From: Anolis carolinensis
Lineage: Eukaryota
NCBI RefSeq assembly: GCF_035594765.1
Contig: NC_085843.1
Span: forward strand, 11,051,955-11,115,954
Direction: 5' to 3'
DNA length: 64,000 nt
Below the pieces are notes generated by a model. The model worked only from the letters and a program-made list of their open reading frames with translations. It did no database searches and was not told where the DNA came from. Numbering within the stretch: position 1 is the stretch's first letter; each line of letters begins with the position of its first letter. Shown piece after piece: positions 1 to 12,639 of the stretch. A program made the translations under genes and the position numbers.

Positions 1-44
1 GTCAGGATCCCTCGTGGACACTGAAATCCATGGATGCTCAAGTC

Positions 45-276
45 GATGTGTTGTCAAAGGCTTTCATGGACAGGATCACAGGGTTGTTGTATGTTTTTCC
101 GGCTGTATGGCCATGTTCCAGAAGTATTCTCTCCTGATGTTTCGCCCACATCTATGGCAGGCATCCTCAGAAGTTGTGAGGTGAATTGAGGATGCCTGCC
201 ATAGATGTGGCTGAAACATCAGGAGAGAATACTTCTGGAACAAGGCCGTACAGCCCGGGAAACATACAACAACCCT
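45..276 (-). mobile_element. Penelope-like element (PLE) terminal fragment with inverted fold-back arms
   Basis: About 90-bp arms (80-169 and 187-276) are reverse complements, and one arm carries an extra ~35-nt tail. Flanked by an 11-bp TSD atgctcaagtc (34-44, 277-287). Confidence 0.8.
133..173 (-). ncRNA. Minimal type I hammerhead ribozyme motif (PLE type)
   Basis: Minus strand reads CUU CUGAGGA U GCCUGC CAUAGAU GUGGGC GAAA CAUC AGG: CUGANGA box, stem II, GAAA box, NUH triplet and a short stem I. Confidence 0.65.
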
Positions 277-649
277 ATGCTCAAGTCCTATTATACACAA
301 CTGCATAATAAAATGGTGTCCCTTATATAAAAGGGTGAAATCAAAAGTTGCCTCTAAAAATGTTCCAGTGTCATTTTCAATCAATGGATGATTCCATCTG
401 TGGATACAGATTTCATGGACGTGAAGGACCAACTGTATATGCAACCATATATGCACACATAATTAGTCAAAATACTGTTCAGTGCTAGAAGCACCTAAAT
501 TTCCACAATGAAAATAATGGCACTGTTCACAAGGGCAATTTTATCATTTTTCTAGGTTATGGTAGTGGTGGAGGTATGGCTATTGGCTAAGTGACTGACC
601 AGCCTTTCAACCCAGTACACTGCACTCCAGACAAAGAGAAACTATTTGA

Positions 650-880
650 AAAAGAGATTTGTTAAGTGTCTTCAAGCCATTTCTAATTTACGGTTACTTT
701 AAGATGATCCCACCACAGGGATTTCCTAGCAATATTTTTTCAGAGTAGTTTTGCCTTCCTCTGGGTTGAGACAGCATGACTTGTCCAAAGTCACTCAATA
801 GGTTTTCATGACCAAAGGGATTACCCTTTGCACTCTGGTCTTCAGAATTGTATTCCAACACTCAAACTGCTACACTTGCT
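650..880 (-). mobile_element. Old tRNA-derived SINE (MIR-like core, RTE-like tail)
   Basis: Contains tgtcttcaag...catgacttgtccaaagtcactcaa...ctggtcttcagaattgtattccaacactcaaac, similar to other degenerate copies in the window. Confidence 0.55.
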
Positions 881-2299
881 TTCACAAGCATGTAAAACAA
901 TTGTGAGCAACTTATGGAAAAAGACTTCCTTCAGTGATAGGTAGATAAGGGATGCTGTACTGTTTCATGTTCGGAGAATCAGGTTGCAGCAGTATATCTG
1001 TAGCAGTCAATGCAATAAAGCTGAAGCTAAGCAAAAAGGAGATTGTGCTCCAGCCAAGCTTATTATAGTTGTTTGTAGCTGCCTACAAAAGGCATAGAAA
1101 AACAGCTGCCTTCAGAATCCCTTGCTGAGCAGGTATGAATAGCAAAAGAAAGAGAAAGGGAGACGAGATGGCCTCTCCAGATAACCTCAACATGTTAAAA
1201 AAAAAACCCATACACCAGTATGCTTGGCTACAAAAACATAAATGTTTGAGGTTGGTGAAAGCAAAAGTCATCTCTGAATGCATTTCAGAAGAAGCCTTCA
1301 AGGGGTCTCCAGCAGGTACAAAATTGTTTATCTTATTTATGCAAGGCTTACTTGATCTGGTTATTTCATTTTACATGTGCATATTGCTAGTTCAGAATAA
1401 AAAGCTCGCTGGGTCATGTTGAACTGCTCTTCTTTTTTGTAGTATAGGAACCTATCCCTATTGTTTCTACGTTTTTTCTGCCTCTGGAAACAATGTCTCT
1501 GTTTATAAAAGTAATGCTCAAGGATGCATCTATTTTGTTAAATGAGGTATACCTATATTTATGTGTGTTTGTTAAACTTTGTGAGATGACAATTATTTGA
1601 ACTATTTGAACTGTTTATTTTAATCGTATCAGTGGTTAGCTCTGAGAAATGTTCAAATTCATAATCTTGCTCCAAAGCCTGGAGGTGACTTTCCCATTAA
1701 CTAGTTAGTCTTTTGCAAAATGTTATGACATAGACATCGGAGGGGGTGGTTATACAATGTGCCAGATTTTCAGAGCCACAGTTCTGGTATAACACTGTAC
1801 ATTAAGTTTATTGAGTTGAGCAAAATCACTTTATGTTTCGTTACAGAGGTAACTATCGGTTTTACTGTTTGCTTAACAAAATGGAACATTCCATAACTTT
1901 CGGTAATTGAAAATACACCGTCTCTTCTTAACCCCATGAAACACATGATCAATTACGTTCAGGGGCATTCCATTTTTAAAATCCTGCTTTTAAAAAGAGA
2001 CATTAATTTTATGTCCTCCAGCCCCTTATCCTGCAGAATTATTAAACATATTAAGGATCACTTTCCGATTCAGTGGGCTACAATAAAAGCACTGGAATAA
2101 AAATCATGCAGTATTTTTGTAACTTTCCATGAAACTACTGAAGAAGCTCCTAGTTAACCCTGCATGAATACCAGTTTTCAAGATGTAAAGACTCAGCAGA
2201 ATTCATGCCCTAAAGACTGGACATCATTTAAAGTTGAGAATGTGAATGGTTCTGGGTATTCATAATAGTTTTGGGCTGTTTAGTGAATCTAAAAGGGGC

Positions 2300-2445
2300 G
2301 AGAGAGATAGTGTTTGAGCTCTAGACTACAATTCTGGAGACCAGGGTTCAAATTCCCATTCAGTCATGAAAACTCACTAGGCAAGTTAGACTGTATACTC
2401 CCAGTTCCAGAAAATCCTGTGATTGACTGAAAGAATACAACAACA
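2300..2445 (+). mobile_element. Old tRNA-derived SINE fragment
   Basis: B-box-like ctggagaccagggttcaaattccc followed by the core aaactcactaggcaag. Confidence 0.55.
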
Positions 2446-2923
2446 CCCAAATTAAGGAGGGAAAGTATATCAATGGTTGCAATTACTGATGGCTCCATGC
2501 ATCTTCCAGGTTCAGTAATTGCACATCATGAAATACTACCCTGACACATGGCACCGAGAAAGAGCAATTTGTATGATTTATATCCCACTTTTTCCCCAAT
2601 AGAGGAGTCAGGACACTTTACAACCATTTAAACCCAAGTGCAAGGGAAAAAACACACACATATTAAAATAAAATAAAATGTAGGCACAATGCATCCTATT
2701 AAAATCTCCACCTGCTGCAATAAATTAAAAAAAAACCCAAAGCCTTTCTTAATACAAGGGTTGTTACATGCTGGTAAAAAGAGGGAAGGGAATGGGCCAA
2801 TTCCACAACTTGGGAACAGCCACCAAGAAGGCTCTTGCCCTGTGTCCTCACCAAGCTTTCAAGCATCCTTATAAAAGAGCTACTGATTTCATATTCCATA
2901 TACATTCTTCCTATTGCCTAGAT

Positions 2924-3280
2924 CAGGAGTCCTCAAACTTTTAAAGCAGAGGGCTGGTTCACGATACTTCAGACTATTGGGTGGGTGGGATTATAGTGTG
3001 AAAAATCATGAATGAATGTCTATGCACACTGTACATATCTTATTTGTAGTCCTATATACATGAAAGAACAATACAATATTTCAAATGAAGAACATTTTTA
3101 ACACACATAAACTTACCAGTGTTTCACTGGGAAGTGTCAGCCTGCTTTTGGCTGATGAAAGAGTCACGTTAATGAGGATTGCTGTTGTTGTGTGCCTTCA
3201 AGTCGTTTCAGACTAAAGTCTAAAGTTTAGGATGGGGGCCAGTCTAAATGGCCTTGGAGGGCTACATCTAGCCGTCTGGG
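2924..3280. mobile_element. hAT/Charlie-like non-autonomous DNA transposon
   Basis: Starts caggagtcctcaaactttt...agagggc and has a GC-rich subterminal ggccttggagggctacatctagcc. The right end is degenerate. Confidence 0.55.
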
Positions 3281-3428
3281 TTTTGATCCACACTTTAAAA
3301 GTTCTATTTAAAATCTGACTCTAGCTTCCACTTAAGTTCAGCACCTTGGATAGCTCCTTTAACTATGAAAATTATTAGCAGTGTTCTATGTAGTGATTTT
3401 TAAAACCTCCATGCCAATGGATCATGAA

Positions 3429-3454
3429 TTTATTTATTTATTTATTTAAAGCAT

Positions 3455-3497
<43 letters not shown>

Positions 3498-3967
3498 TTT
3501 GCAGTATTTATATTCCGCCCTTCTCACCCTGAAGGGGACTCAGGGCGGATCATATTGTACACATACATGACAAACATTCAATGCCATATGAACATACAGA
3601 CAGAGACAGAGACACAGAGGCAATTTAACTTTCTCTAGCTTCCAGCTTACTGAGGGTATGCTCAATTCTGGCCATAGGGGAAGCAGCTGCTTTATCATCC
3701 ACTGTGACACTGAGTCCTTGATGGATACTTTCTCATGATTTTTATGGTGTCGTAAATTAGTTAAATTAACCTCCCTGCATAAGCAGTATCTAAATTTCCT
3801 ACTTGATAGATGCAACTATTTTCGGGTTGCTTAGGTCAACAACGAGCAGGGCTATTTTTTAATGGTCGGGTGCTCACTCCAACATGGGCTGGCTTTGAAC
3901 TCATCACTTCTTGGTCATAGTGATTTATTGCAGATGGCTACTAACCAGCTGCACCACAGCCCGGCCC
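3429..3967 (-). mobile_element. Anolis SINE2-type SINE (tRNA head, L2-derived tail, (TAAA)n)
   Basis: Minus strand starts gggccgggctgtggtgcagctggttag and ends gatccgccctgagtccccttcagggtgagaagggcggaatataaatactgc(aaat)n. Paralogous to 6071-6562. Confidence 0.85.
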
Positions 3968-4244
3968 TGAATCCTCTCCAGTTGTGAGATCAAATATTAA
4001 TAGCGCTAACCATGATGCTGAACCCTGCCCCCCAAATATGCTCAACACTTTGGGTGCCTCTCTTACAGTCTACATTACAGCCTGGATAAATACATGCCCT
4101 TAATGTCAGGAAAGGCACCAAGTGCCATTGCTGAATATGTTTTTTGTTCTAACTCAGCAGTGAGATACCACAGTGCAGTGAGTGTTGGACTATTACTAGG
4201 GCTCAAATCCCTGCTCAGCTGTGGAAATCTACTGGAACAAAATG

Positions 4245-4790
4245 GCAACCATGCTACAAACAAATGCAATTCTAGCTACACCAGTAGGTGCAAGCTGGTA
4301 GACCAAGGGAAGTAATACTACTGGTCTATTCTGGTTTGGCCAGACCTTATCTAGAATACTGTGCACCACCACTCAAGATGGATATTGGCAAGCTGGAATG
4401 TGTACAAAAAAGGGTGACCAAAATGAGGAGCAGCTGAGGGAGATTGATATGTTTAAGATGGAGAAAAGAAAGCTCAGAGTTGACATGGCAGCATGTTTAG
4501 ATATTTAAAAGGATATATTGGAGAGGAGGCAACTTGTTTTCTGCTGCTCTAGAGAGTAGGACATGTAACAGTAGATTCAAACAGCAGGAAAAGAGATTTA
4601 CTTAAAAATTCGAAATAACTTCTTGATGTTAAAAGATGACTGGCACTGAAATGCATTGCCTTGGAATATGGTGGAATCACCTTCTCTTTAAAAAAGGTTT
4701 TTAAAAAAGAGGTTGGATGACTATCTGTTAATTGTACAGGATGGAATGGATTTATGAATGAACCCAGGCAGAATCAACACAGGCTGTAAA
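4245..4790 (+). mobile_element. Degraded CR1 LINE 3' fragment
   Basis: Colinear with the young CR1 copies (ctagaatactgtg, ttggcaagctggaatgtgt, ttttctgctgctctagag, caggaaaagagatt); frameshifted. Confidence 0.8.
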
Positions 4791-5377
4791 TATAGGCTGA
4801 TCCCTCCTTCCTTCTGGGTCATGTGTTTTGGTGATTTCAGAGAAAATTTCCAGATGGGAAAATGTTCACTAATTGTCCAGGAAAGACAATGAAAGTGACT
4901 GTAGGAACACTGTAATATGAAATGTGTTCCTTGTGGAACAATTTTAAAATTAAGAGTAAGCACCTGTTAATTCAGCTTTCCCGTTTGATTGACCAAAGCA
5001 ATCAACTCTGGCATCCTGTGCAAAACCAGTTTAAAATTTGTACAGTTTGAAGAAAGGCAGCATAGAAAAAGAATACATAAACAACGAAGCGCCTTCACCA
5101 TTATCAAAACGAACGCTATAAATTAAAATCATTAGCGGGTTTCAGCACACATTCCTCCCATATTTTAATTAAATTTTAAAATTAATTTTAATTAAAAACC
5201 AATCTTCATAACGAGAACAAATATTACAGTGCACACTCTCTTCAATGTTCCCACTCTGCAGCTGTGCTTCAGCGTAGGAAGGAAACGATGGTCTTCAGTA
5301 AACTGAACTGATTTCAACAGCCCCAGATCAGGTTCTGCTTTTCATTTTCCTAACTGTGATAAATGATTTACTATGAA

Positions 5378-5675
5378 GCCAGTGTGGTATCATGATTTGG
5401 GCAGTGGATTAGGACTTTGGAGACCAGGGTTCAAATCTCCACTTGGCTATGAAACCCACTCAGTGGACATGGGAAATTCATACTTTCTGATGGTTGGGGC
5501 TTCCTGGGTTGCATCCATGTTGATTCCAGAGGCATGTATGATGAGATCATTAGACTCACTTGAAGGCAATGACAAATCTCTTTTAAAAACCCCTCCCTAG
5601 AAAACTCTATGATGAGCTTGCCTTAGAGTCACCATAAGTCAGAAACAACTTGAAGCACACAAAACAATAAACATC
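5378..5675 (+). mobile_element. Old tRNA-derived SINE (MIR-like core, RTE-like tail)
   Basis: gccagtgtggtatcatg...ggagaccagggttcaaatctcc head and gtcaccataagtcagaaacaacttgaagcacac tail. Confidence 0.65.
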
Positions 5676-6070
5676 CAAGTCTACCAATCACCAGTGGACA
5701 AAATCTGGCTCAATGCCTCTTGTTTTCTCAGCCCTCCGCCCCTTTGAAGCCCCAGGACTGTCTTTTGTTTTTGCCAAAAAAAGAAGTGATTTGACTTTCC
5801 TAGAAAGTCCCAGTTATGGCAATCCATCTTGTAAACAGTTTACTAGCATCCTTTCCACACATAATTGTACATAAAACAACACTCATTTTTCCAAAAATAG
5901 TAGTGGATTTCAAGCCATGTTTGGGTTTGTTTTGTTTCAAAGTGGGGCATTTTGATAACATTTTGATAAAGATCTGCACTTAGACTTGCCATAGTTGCCA
6001 TCTTCATTGCTATCATATTTCTAACAACTAAATTCTATGGGGATTGGTTATGTGCCTTCAAATTGACTCC

Positions 6071-6562
6071 ATTTATTTATCTATTTATTTACAGTATTTA
6101 TATTCCGCCCTTCTCACCACAAAGGGGATTTAGGGCGGATCACATTGTATATACATATAAGGCAAACATTCAATGTCATATACACATAGAACAAAGACAG
6201 AGACAGACGCAGAGGCAATTTAACCTTCTCCTGAGGGGATGTTCAATTCCGGCCACAGGGGGAGCAGCTGCTTCATCATCCACTGCGACGGCACTTCCTC
6301 ATTCCATCAGCAGCTGGATGATTTTTATGGAGTTGTAAATTAGTTAAATTAGCCTCCCCACTTTATAAGTGGTACCTTAATTTCCTACTTGATAGATGCA
6401 ACCATCTTTCGGGTTGCTAGGTCAGCAATGAGCAGGGGCTATTTTTTATTTTTAATTGTCTGGTGCTCACCCTGCTACGGGCTGGCCTCGAACTCATGAC
6501 CTCTTGGTCAGAGTGATTTATTGCAGCTGGCTGCTCACCAGCCTGCGCCACAGCCCGGCCCC
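6071..6562 (-). mobile_element. Anolis SINE2-type SINE, nested in an older SINE (about 6045-6740)
   Basis: Full-length paralog of 3429-3967. The host SINE resumes at 6563. Confidence 0.85.
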
Positions 6563-8107
6563 TCTAACTTCTGCTGGCCCTATTCTAGGGTCTTCTTGGC
6601 AAGATTTATTCCAAGGAAGATTGCTATCACCTTCCTTTGAGGGAGTATGACTTGTCCCAAAGTACCCAGTGGGTGTTCATAAGTGGTCAAGGATTCGAAT
6701 CCTGGTCTGCCAGTCCTACAACACTCAAATCAGTGCACACTTGGGAGTCCAAGATCAGATGCTCTAAGGCTAGAATCTTGAGTGGAGGAGACATAGTGCA
6801 AAGTGTTAGAAAATAGCTTCCTGTACCCCATCTTAAAAGACACAATCACGTGTGTAAGTAACACTTATGCATACATATGCCACTAATGTGATGTTGTTCC
6901 CTGGGGTTAGAGTAGAGCAATAGCAATTACATTGACGTGTTGATAAGCTGACCCACTTTTGGGTGGTCAGTCTTTTGACTCACATTTCTATATTCATACA
7001 CAAATATGTACAGTACTAACAGGATATCAGCATCTATTTATACCTATCCACTTTCCTTTGGCTTTTCCCCATGTACTCAACCTCACATGTAGACACAGAG
7101 GATTGTAGACTGATAGCAGTTAGTCAAATGTAACTAATCATCAAGAGGAACACAGACAAAGTATATTCTTGCCTCTGAAATACACTTCTTACTCATTTAT
7201 CAGTAACTGCTAGTTTTGCTCCTAAAAAGAATCACTTTTCTTGAACTCACCATGAATGGATTCAGTCTACCTAGGAAGCTTCTCCCTAGAACTTGGGAAA
7301 GTGACTTTATTAGGACTACAATTTACCACTCTGTGCCACTTTTCCAAACTTGGATTCTTCCAGATATTTTTCATGATGGGGATTAATTTCATTACCCAGT
7401 CAAAACTGATCATCATAATTTCTCCTCCAGCTGTGTGGTTTCCTCAGCAGACCTCCCATTAGCTCCAAGCTGTACAGTAGTGAGGAAGACACTGACCCAC
7501 CATCTCACAAGGTTTTCAGCTGTTCCCCATCTGCCATGCATGTGTTCCAATTAAAGCTCTTTAGCCTTTCGGCACAGACTTGTTTACTTGCATGTTGCCA
7601 GTGTGTGGGTTTGGTGTCAGAACCATTCCCCTTCCCATCTGCTGGAGATACATGTTGGAATATGACAAGAGCCCACACTCCTTGTCATAGCAACTACATT
7701 AGAGATTGCAGTCAGATAAATAAATTCACAAAAGCATACATTATATGTATTGTAGGAGGGGCAAATGTTCCTTAAGCCTGATTTTGTGGCCCTCAAAATC
7801 TCCAGGCACTCGGGACACCTTTTTTTCAAATGGCATCTTGTGGAAGCTTTCAGGAGTAGAGATTCACTTTCTAAAAAAAAGGAAAAAAGGTTTCCAACAC
7901 TGTTGAACATCAAGAGGTATTAGCTCATCAAATAAGAAGCAAATTTCTGAAGGAATCAATTGAAATCCCATTGCCTAAGAAACCTGCTGGTGTCATAGAC
8001 ATATGTAAGTTCCCCTAAGAAAGGAATTGGACATTTTTGTCCCAGACAGAATGGCCCCATTTAATGGCAGAATCAGAGTTGTACACATGTTGCTATTGTG
8101 TATAGAT

Positions 8108-8233
8108 CAGTGGTTCCCAACCTTTGGACCTCCACATTTTTTGCACTTCAACTCCCAGAAATGCCAGACACTTTACCAGCTGTTAGGAGCTGAAGTCCAG
8201 AACATCTGGAGGCCCAAAGGTTGGGAACCGCTG
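8108..8233. mobile_element. hAT-family MITE
   Basis: Terminal inverted repeats (TIRs) cagtggttcccaacctttgg / ccaaaggttgggaaccgctg. Perfect 8-bp TSD gtatagat (8100-8107, 8234-8241). Confidence 0.9.
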
Positions 8234-8289
8234 GTATAGATGTGTATTTGATTGTGCATTCAGTTGCTTATTTGGTGTCTTGTTTCAGT

Positions 8290-8620
8290 TGCACAAGATC
8301 CCATTAACTGTCCTGATCAGGACCTGCAGACTCAAGAGTCATGGCTTCCTTGATTGAATCAATCCACCTATTTACATTGCCAAGCAGTATCATCGGCTCT
8401 AATGATTCACATAATCTTTTTATATGTCCAAAATATGACAGCCAGAGTTTAGTTATCTTGGTTTCTGATCAATGTTTGAGTTTAATTTGCTTGAAAAGAC
8501 ACTCCCTGGCAGTCCTTAGTATCCATAGAAGCCTCTTTGAGCATCATATTCAAATGAGTTGATTTTCTTCTTGTCAGATTTTTTCACCATCCAACTTTCA
8601 CAGCCTTAGAAATACAATCT
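8290..8620 (-). mobile_element. Old RTE/BovB-like LINE 3' fragment
   Basis: gacctgcagactcaagagtcatggcttccttgattgaatcaatcc...ccaaaatatgacagcc...caactttcacagcc; similar to 51245-51890. Confidence 0.65.
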
Positions 8621-8676
8621 GACCTGCATACTAGTCAGGGTTAAGCGACTCCTGTGAAAGTGGAAATATACTATTA

Positions 8677-8996
8677 CAGTAGAGTCTCACTTATCTAACT
8701 TAAACGGGCTGGCAGAACGTTGGATAAGCGAATATGTTGGATAATAAGAAGAGATTAAGGAGAAGCTTATTAAATATCAAGTTAGGTTATGATTTTACAA
8801 ATTAAGCACCAAAACATCATGTTATACAACAAATTTGACAGAAAAAGTAGTTCAAGATGCAGTAATGCTACATATTAATTACTGTATTTACGAATTTAGC
8901 ACCAAAATATCATGATGTATTGAAAACATATACAAAAATGCGTTGGATAATCCAGAACGTTGGATAAGCGAATGTTGGATAAGTGAGACTCTACTG
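8677..8996. mobile_element. Tigger/mariner-like MITE, nested in an older Tigger-like element (about 8625-9170)
   Basis: TIRs cagtagagtctcacttatc / gataagtgagactctactg with a TA TSD. Paralogous to 16250-16564. Confidence 0.9.
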
Positions 8997-10489
8997 TATT
9001 TTATCTGAGAGAACACCTCGATATGAATGTCTTAGTTCTGCAGCATGACTCTATGGTCAACTTTTACTGGAAGCCAACCACAGAATCACACTGGGAGACC
9101 TGGAGATTCCTAAAGAGAACATCTAAATCAAATGTGTGAATGATCAAATCTGCAAAATTCAAACCTGCAAGTACTATCATATAATTCTGATGTTGGCATT
9201 TAACGAATCTCATCTAATTCCCTCATGGCTGCCTTTCTAAATCTTAGCTGTGTATGGATCTCTTGGCTATCTAACTTGTTCCCCTCAAATCAGGATTGCC
9301 AAATTGGTTTCTGGCTAGGCCTTCATGTTGGTTTGGAGATGTATAGCCCATCCCCTCCTCAATGATTGGGGCAAACAGCCAAAAATCTGCTTTGTTTTGC
9401 TCAAAAGTAATGCTGACAGTATTTCTCAGATGTTCTGCTGAACAGATGGTCAAATAGTGAAGTCATCAGCAGTTACTATGCACAACATACATGCTTGTTT
9501 ACTCTCGTTGTTCTGCATGGGCATAGGTTACCAATGTGCTCCAGTATCCATGCACATTGATTAAATTGCAGCTCAAGGACCTTTATGGGGCTCTATGATC
9601 AAAACACTATGCATTATTCTCTTACATGTTGCTTCTTGTAGGTGAAGTTCATGGCAGCATTTATGGTTGGTGTCATCTGATGGTTAGCACAGTTGGCTTT
9701 ATTTACATAAGTAAAGGCTGACTGTATATTGATACAAAGCGAAACTGAGCAACTGTAGTGAGCGTGTGACGTAAATCTAGATGTTTTTATTCACAAAGAA
9801 GTTCTACTTTGCCCAGCCAAGTTTATGTCTAAGTTGGCATCAAAGATTATTGTGAAATTAGGGTGGAGTTAGAGTTGGAGTTGACTCTGACTTCAAAATT
9901 TAAAAAAAACCTATAATACCTGCACAATATCTGGTAACTATATCATTTAATACATTTATTTTACCTTTTTAAAATGGCTCCAATACCTAATTTATTTCAT
10001 ATTTCCTTCCATAGGAAGAAAGGAAAATATTACTGTTCAGAAATTTTAATCAAATACATATACAGGTCGAGTATTTCATATCTAAAACACTCAGGACCCA
10101 AGGTTGTGAGATGCAATGCCACTCTGTCTGACTTGCGTGATATTAGTCTAGTCTTTTCAAAGAATTACCTTATTTATTATTAAATAAACAAGGAAAGAAA
10201 GAACATGTGGAGAATGGTATCCTCCTGTCCTGCTAGCTGACCACGGTGTGTACACGATGTTGAAGTAGGTGCACTTTTTGATTTGATCCTGTAAGACTAG
10301 TCTTATATTCTAATCACTTTGCACATTTGCTTCCAACTTTTTCTTGACTCTAACCAAATCTTGTACCAGGACAGAATCCCAGCATTCTTCAAGATAACCA
10401 TTTTTCTAGACACAAGAAAAGAATCACTGAATTCTTTTTGGCCTCTCAGCAGATGCTGCAAAAAAAACCCAAAAAAACAAACGAACAGT

Positions 10490-10900
10490 CTCTCCCCTTG
10501 CTTTAATAATAATGAGGAGCTGCTGGCTGCCGCAACGTGACTGTTCCACTGGAAGCGGCCATAACAAGGCGACTGTTTGAGAGCCAGATATGATCAAACA
10601 AAAAGGTCTTTCCCATTTGGATTTCAGGGCGGGTAAACAACCTTTGAGCCAAATCCCCAGCTGTTCGGAACGGCCCAAGTTTCAAAATGAACGCCGCTGT
10701 GGCCAATCCGCCACTCGAAGAGCCTTTGCTCGGCTTTAAAGAGCGACCTAATCAGACAAGTCCCCTGTTTTGTGTTGTTTTTCAACACGTGGCTGCCATT
10801 TGGATCAAAGAGAAATGCCTCCCGCCACTTAACTTTTTTCTCATTTCAATGGCTGTTGCTTCTCTTAATTGGAAGCAAAAGCACACCAGGACTCACAGCA
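10490..10900. promoter_or_regulatory. Candidate enhancer / conserved non-coding element
   Basis: Repeat-free and CpG-retaining. FOX GTAAACAA 10633-10640 abuts TCF-like CCTTTGA 10641-10647; E-box CACGTG 10786-10791; TCF ATCAAAG 10804-10810. Confidence 0.4.
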
Positions 10901-10980
10901 GGGTGATGTTGGTTTGCTTAGAAAGAATGGCCTTCAAGTGTCCTACAGGAGACACACAGACACCCATTTTGCTACTCCAA

Positions 10981-11196
10981 GGGTGCATCTATACTTTGAA
11001 ATTAATGCAATTTGATACCATTTCAACTGCCATGACTCAGTGATATGGAATCATGGGAATTGGAATTTTACAATATCTTCTTTGCCAAAAGAGTGCTGGG
11101 ACCTTAACAAACCAAACATCCCATGATCCCATAGCATTGAACCCTGGTAGCCAAAGTGGTGTCAAACTGTATTAATTCTACAGTGTAGATGCTCCC
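10981..11196. mobile_element. Palindromic MITE (PIF/Harbinger-like)
   Basis: Long TIRs gggtgcatcta...aattaatgca...tttga / tcaaactgtattaattctacagtgtagatgctccc. Several paralogs occur in the window. Confidence 0.75.
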
Positions 11197-12639
11197 CCCA
11201 TACGTCCCCGTTATTATTTTATCTACATGGCAAATTTTCTCTAGCTAAAGATGGCTCAACGCTTCTGCATGAATCCCCAGAACCCCAACAAATGGAAACA
11301 AGGTAACAAATAGGGAGGGGAAAGGTGATGTGGCCCCAGGGGAGTGAAAAATGCCCTTTGTAGTTGCTCACTCCCTGTTCAGACCACAGAAAGAAACCAG
11401 ACCTTTGACTCCATCTATCTTGTCAAATCACAACACCCATGATCCCAAAGTATTGAGCTTTACCAATTAGATTGGTGTCAAACTGTATTAATTCTACCAT
11501 GCAGAATTCACTATTCACTATTACTGAGTCCCCTCAAAGTGTGACTGAATGATCAAACTTTAGTTTGGTACTGAAATGAGAAACAGGAATTAGATCAAGG
11601 AAAGCACATACTACACATTTGCAAAAAAAACAAAACAAAAAAAAAACAGAGAGAGAGAGAGAATGTGTGTGCAGATGAGCTGAATTTATTCCTTAAAAGG
11701 CACTTTTTAAATAGTGAATTTAGTTCATTTACAAGCACATGGAGATCATTCTCCTGTTTCCTATTGAAACAATGCCTATATCCTACCTCTAGCTGAGCTT
11801 GGACTAAGAATGCCTCCCACAGCCAAAGAACTACAACGATATGTATGTCCAGCACAGATCACGTTGTCTGTCTCCATATTAAGAGGAAACTAAGGTTTTC
11901 TTGGTTTTAGCTGAAGTAACATCAAGCAATAAATTGCAAGCACTACCATAAAAGGTTGGGTTACAGGAAAATCAATGGCCCGGAGAACTGCTCCTTTTTC
12001 TTCTGCTGGAAGGTTCACCGGGAAAGGGATTTGAGACAAATACATTAGGAAATACAATGCAAAAGATGAAGATTTTCTTTTTACAAACTAGCACACAATC
12101 CCATCTTTTATATTCCATGTATGGCCATAAATACATCACTTTCCTGTGCATTTACCATCATATCCTCATGAAATACTATATTATAGGACCAACATAGCGT
12201 CTCGCCTGATCTGAAGCAATACTTTTGTGTATACTCCTCCTGCAGAAAAGGAAGATGTATTAGGTTTATATTTCATCATACTGAGAGGCACCCTGGGAAC
12301 AGACGCCTGCTATCACCCATGGTTTGGCAAACCTCCACCAAAAGTCATCATTTAATTTTTTTTTCACATTGAAAAAAAAGTAGGAAATTCAAGTATCTTG
12401 AGGAAAAGCAAAGTTTTGAAGGAGAAAAGGACACTTTCATGGTTAAAACTCATTCTCGCTCTCTCTTGGCAACATGTCCAAACAGGTTTGGACTGTTTCT
12501 CAAAACATAATAATGACTGTATTGTTGGGAAAGCTTGGAGGCATCAGGGAACAAGAAGACTGATTTACAATGGATTGACTCAATAAAGGAATCCATGGCC
12601 ATGAGCTTAGAAGATTTCACGTGTCAGGACCACATTGTT

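Larger units (their letters stand above)
1..435. mobile_element. Tigger/Tc1-mariner-like MITE, cut by the window start and interrupted by a Penelope-like insert
   Basis: Ends ...gaaggaccaactg|TA. Body (tggatgctcaagtcctattata...aaatcaa) resembles the uninterrupted copy at 58670-58888. Confidence 0.6.

Noticed and set aside
76-456. 126-aa minus ORF and similar MAMFQK-containing ORFs
   Set aside because: Read-through of PLE terminal repeats and MITE sequence.
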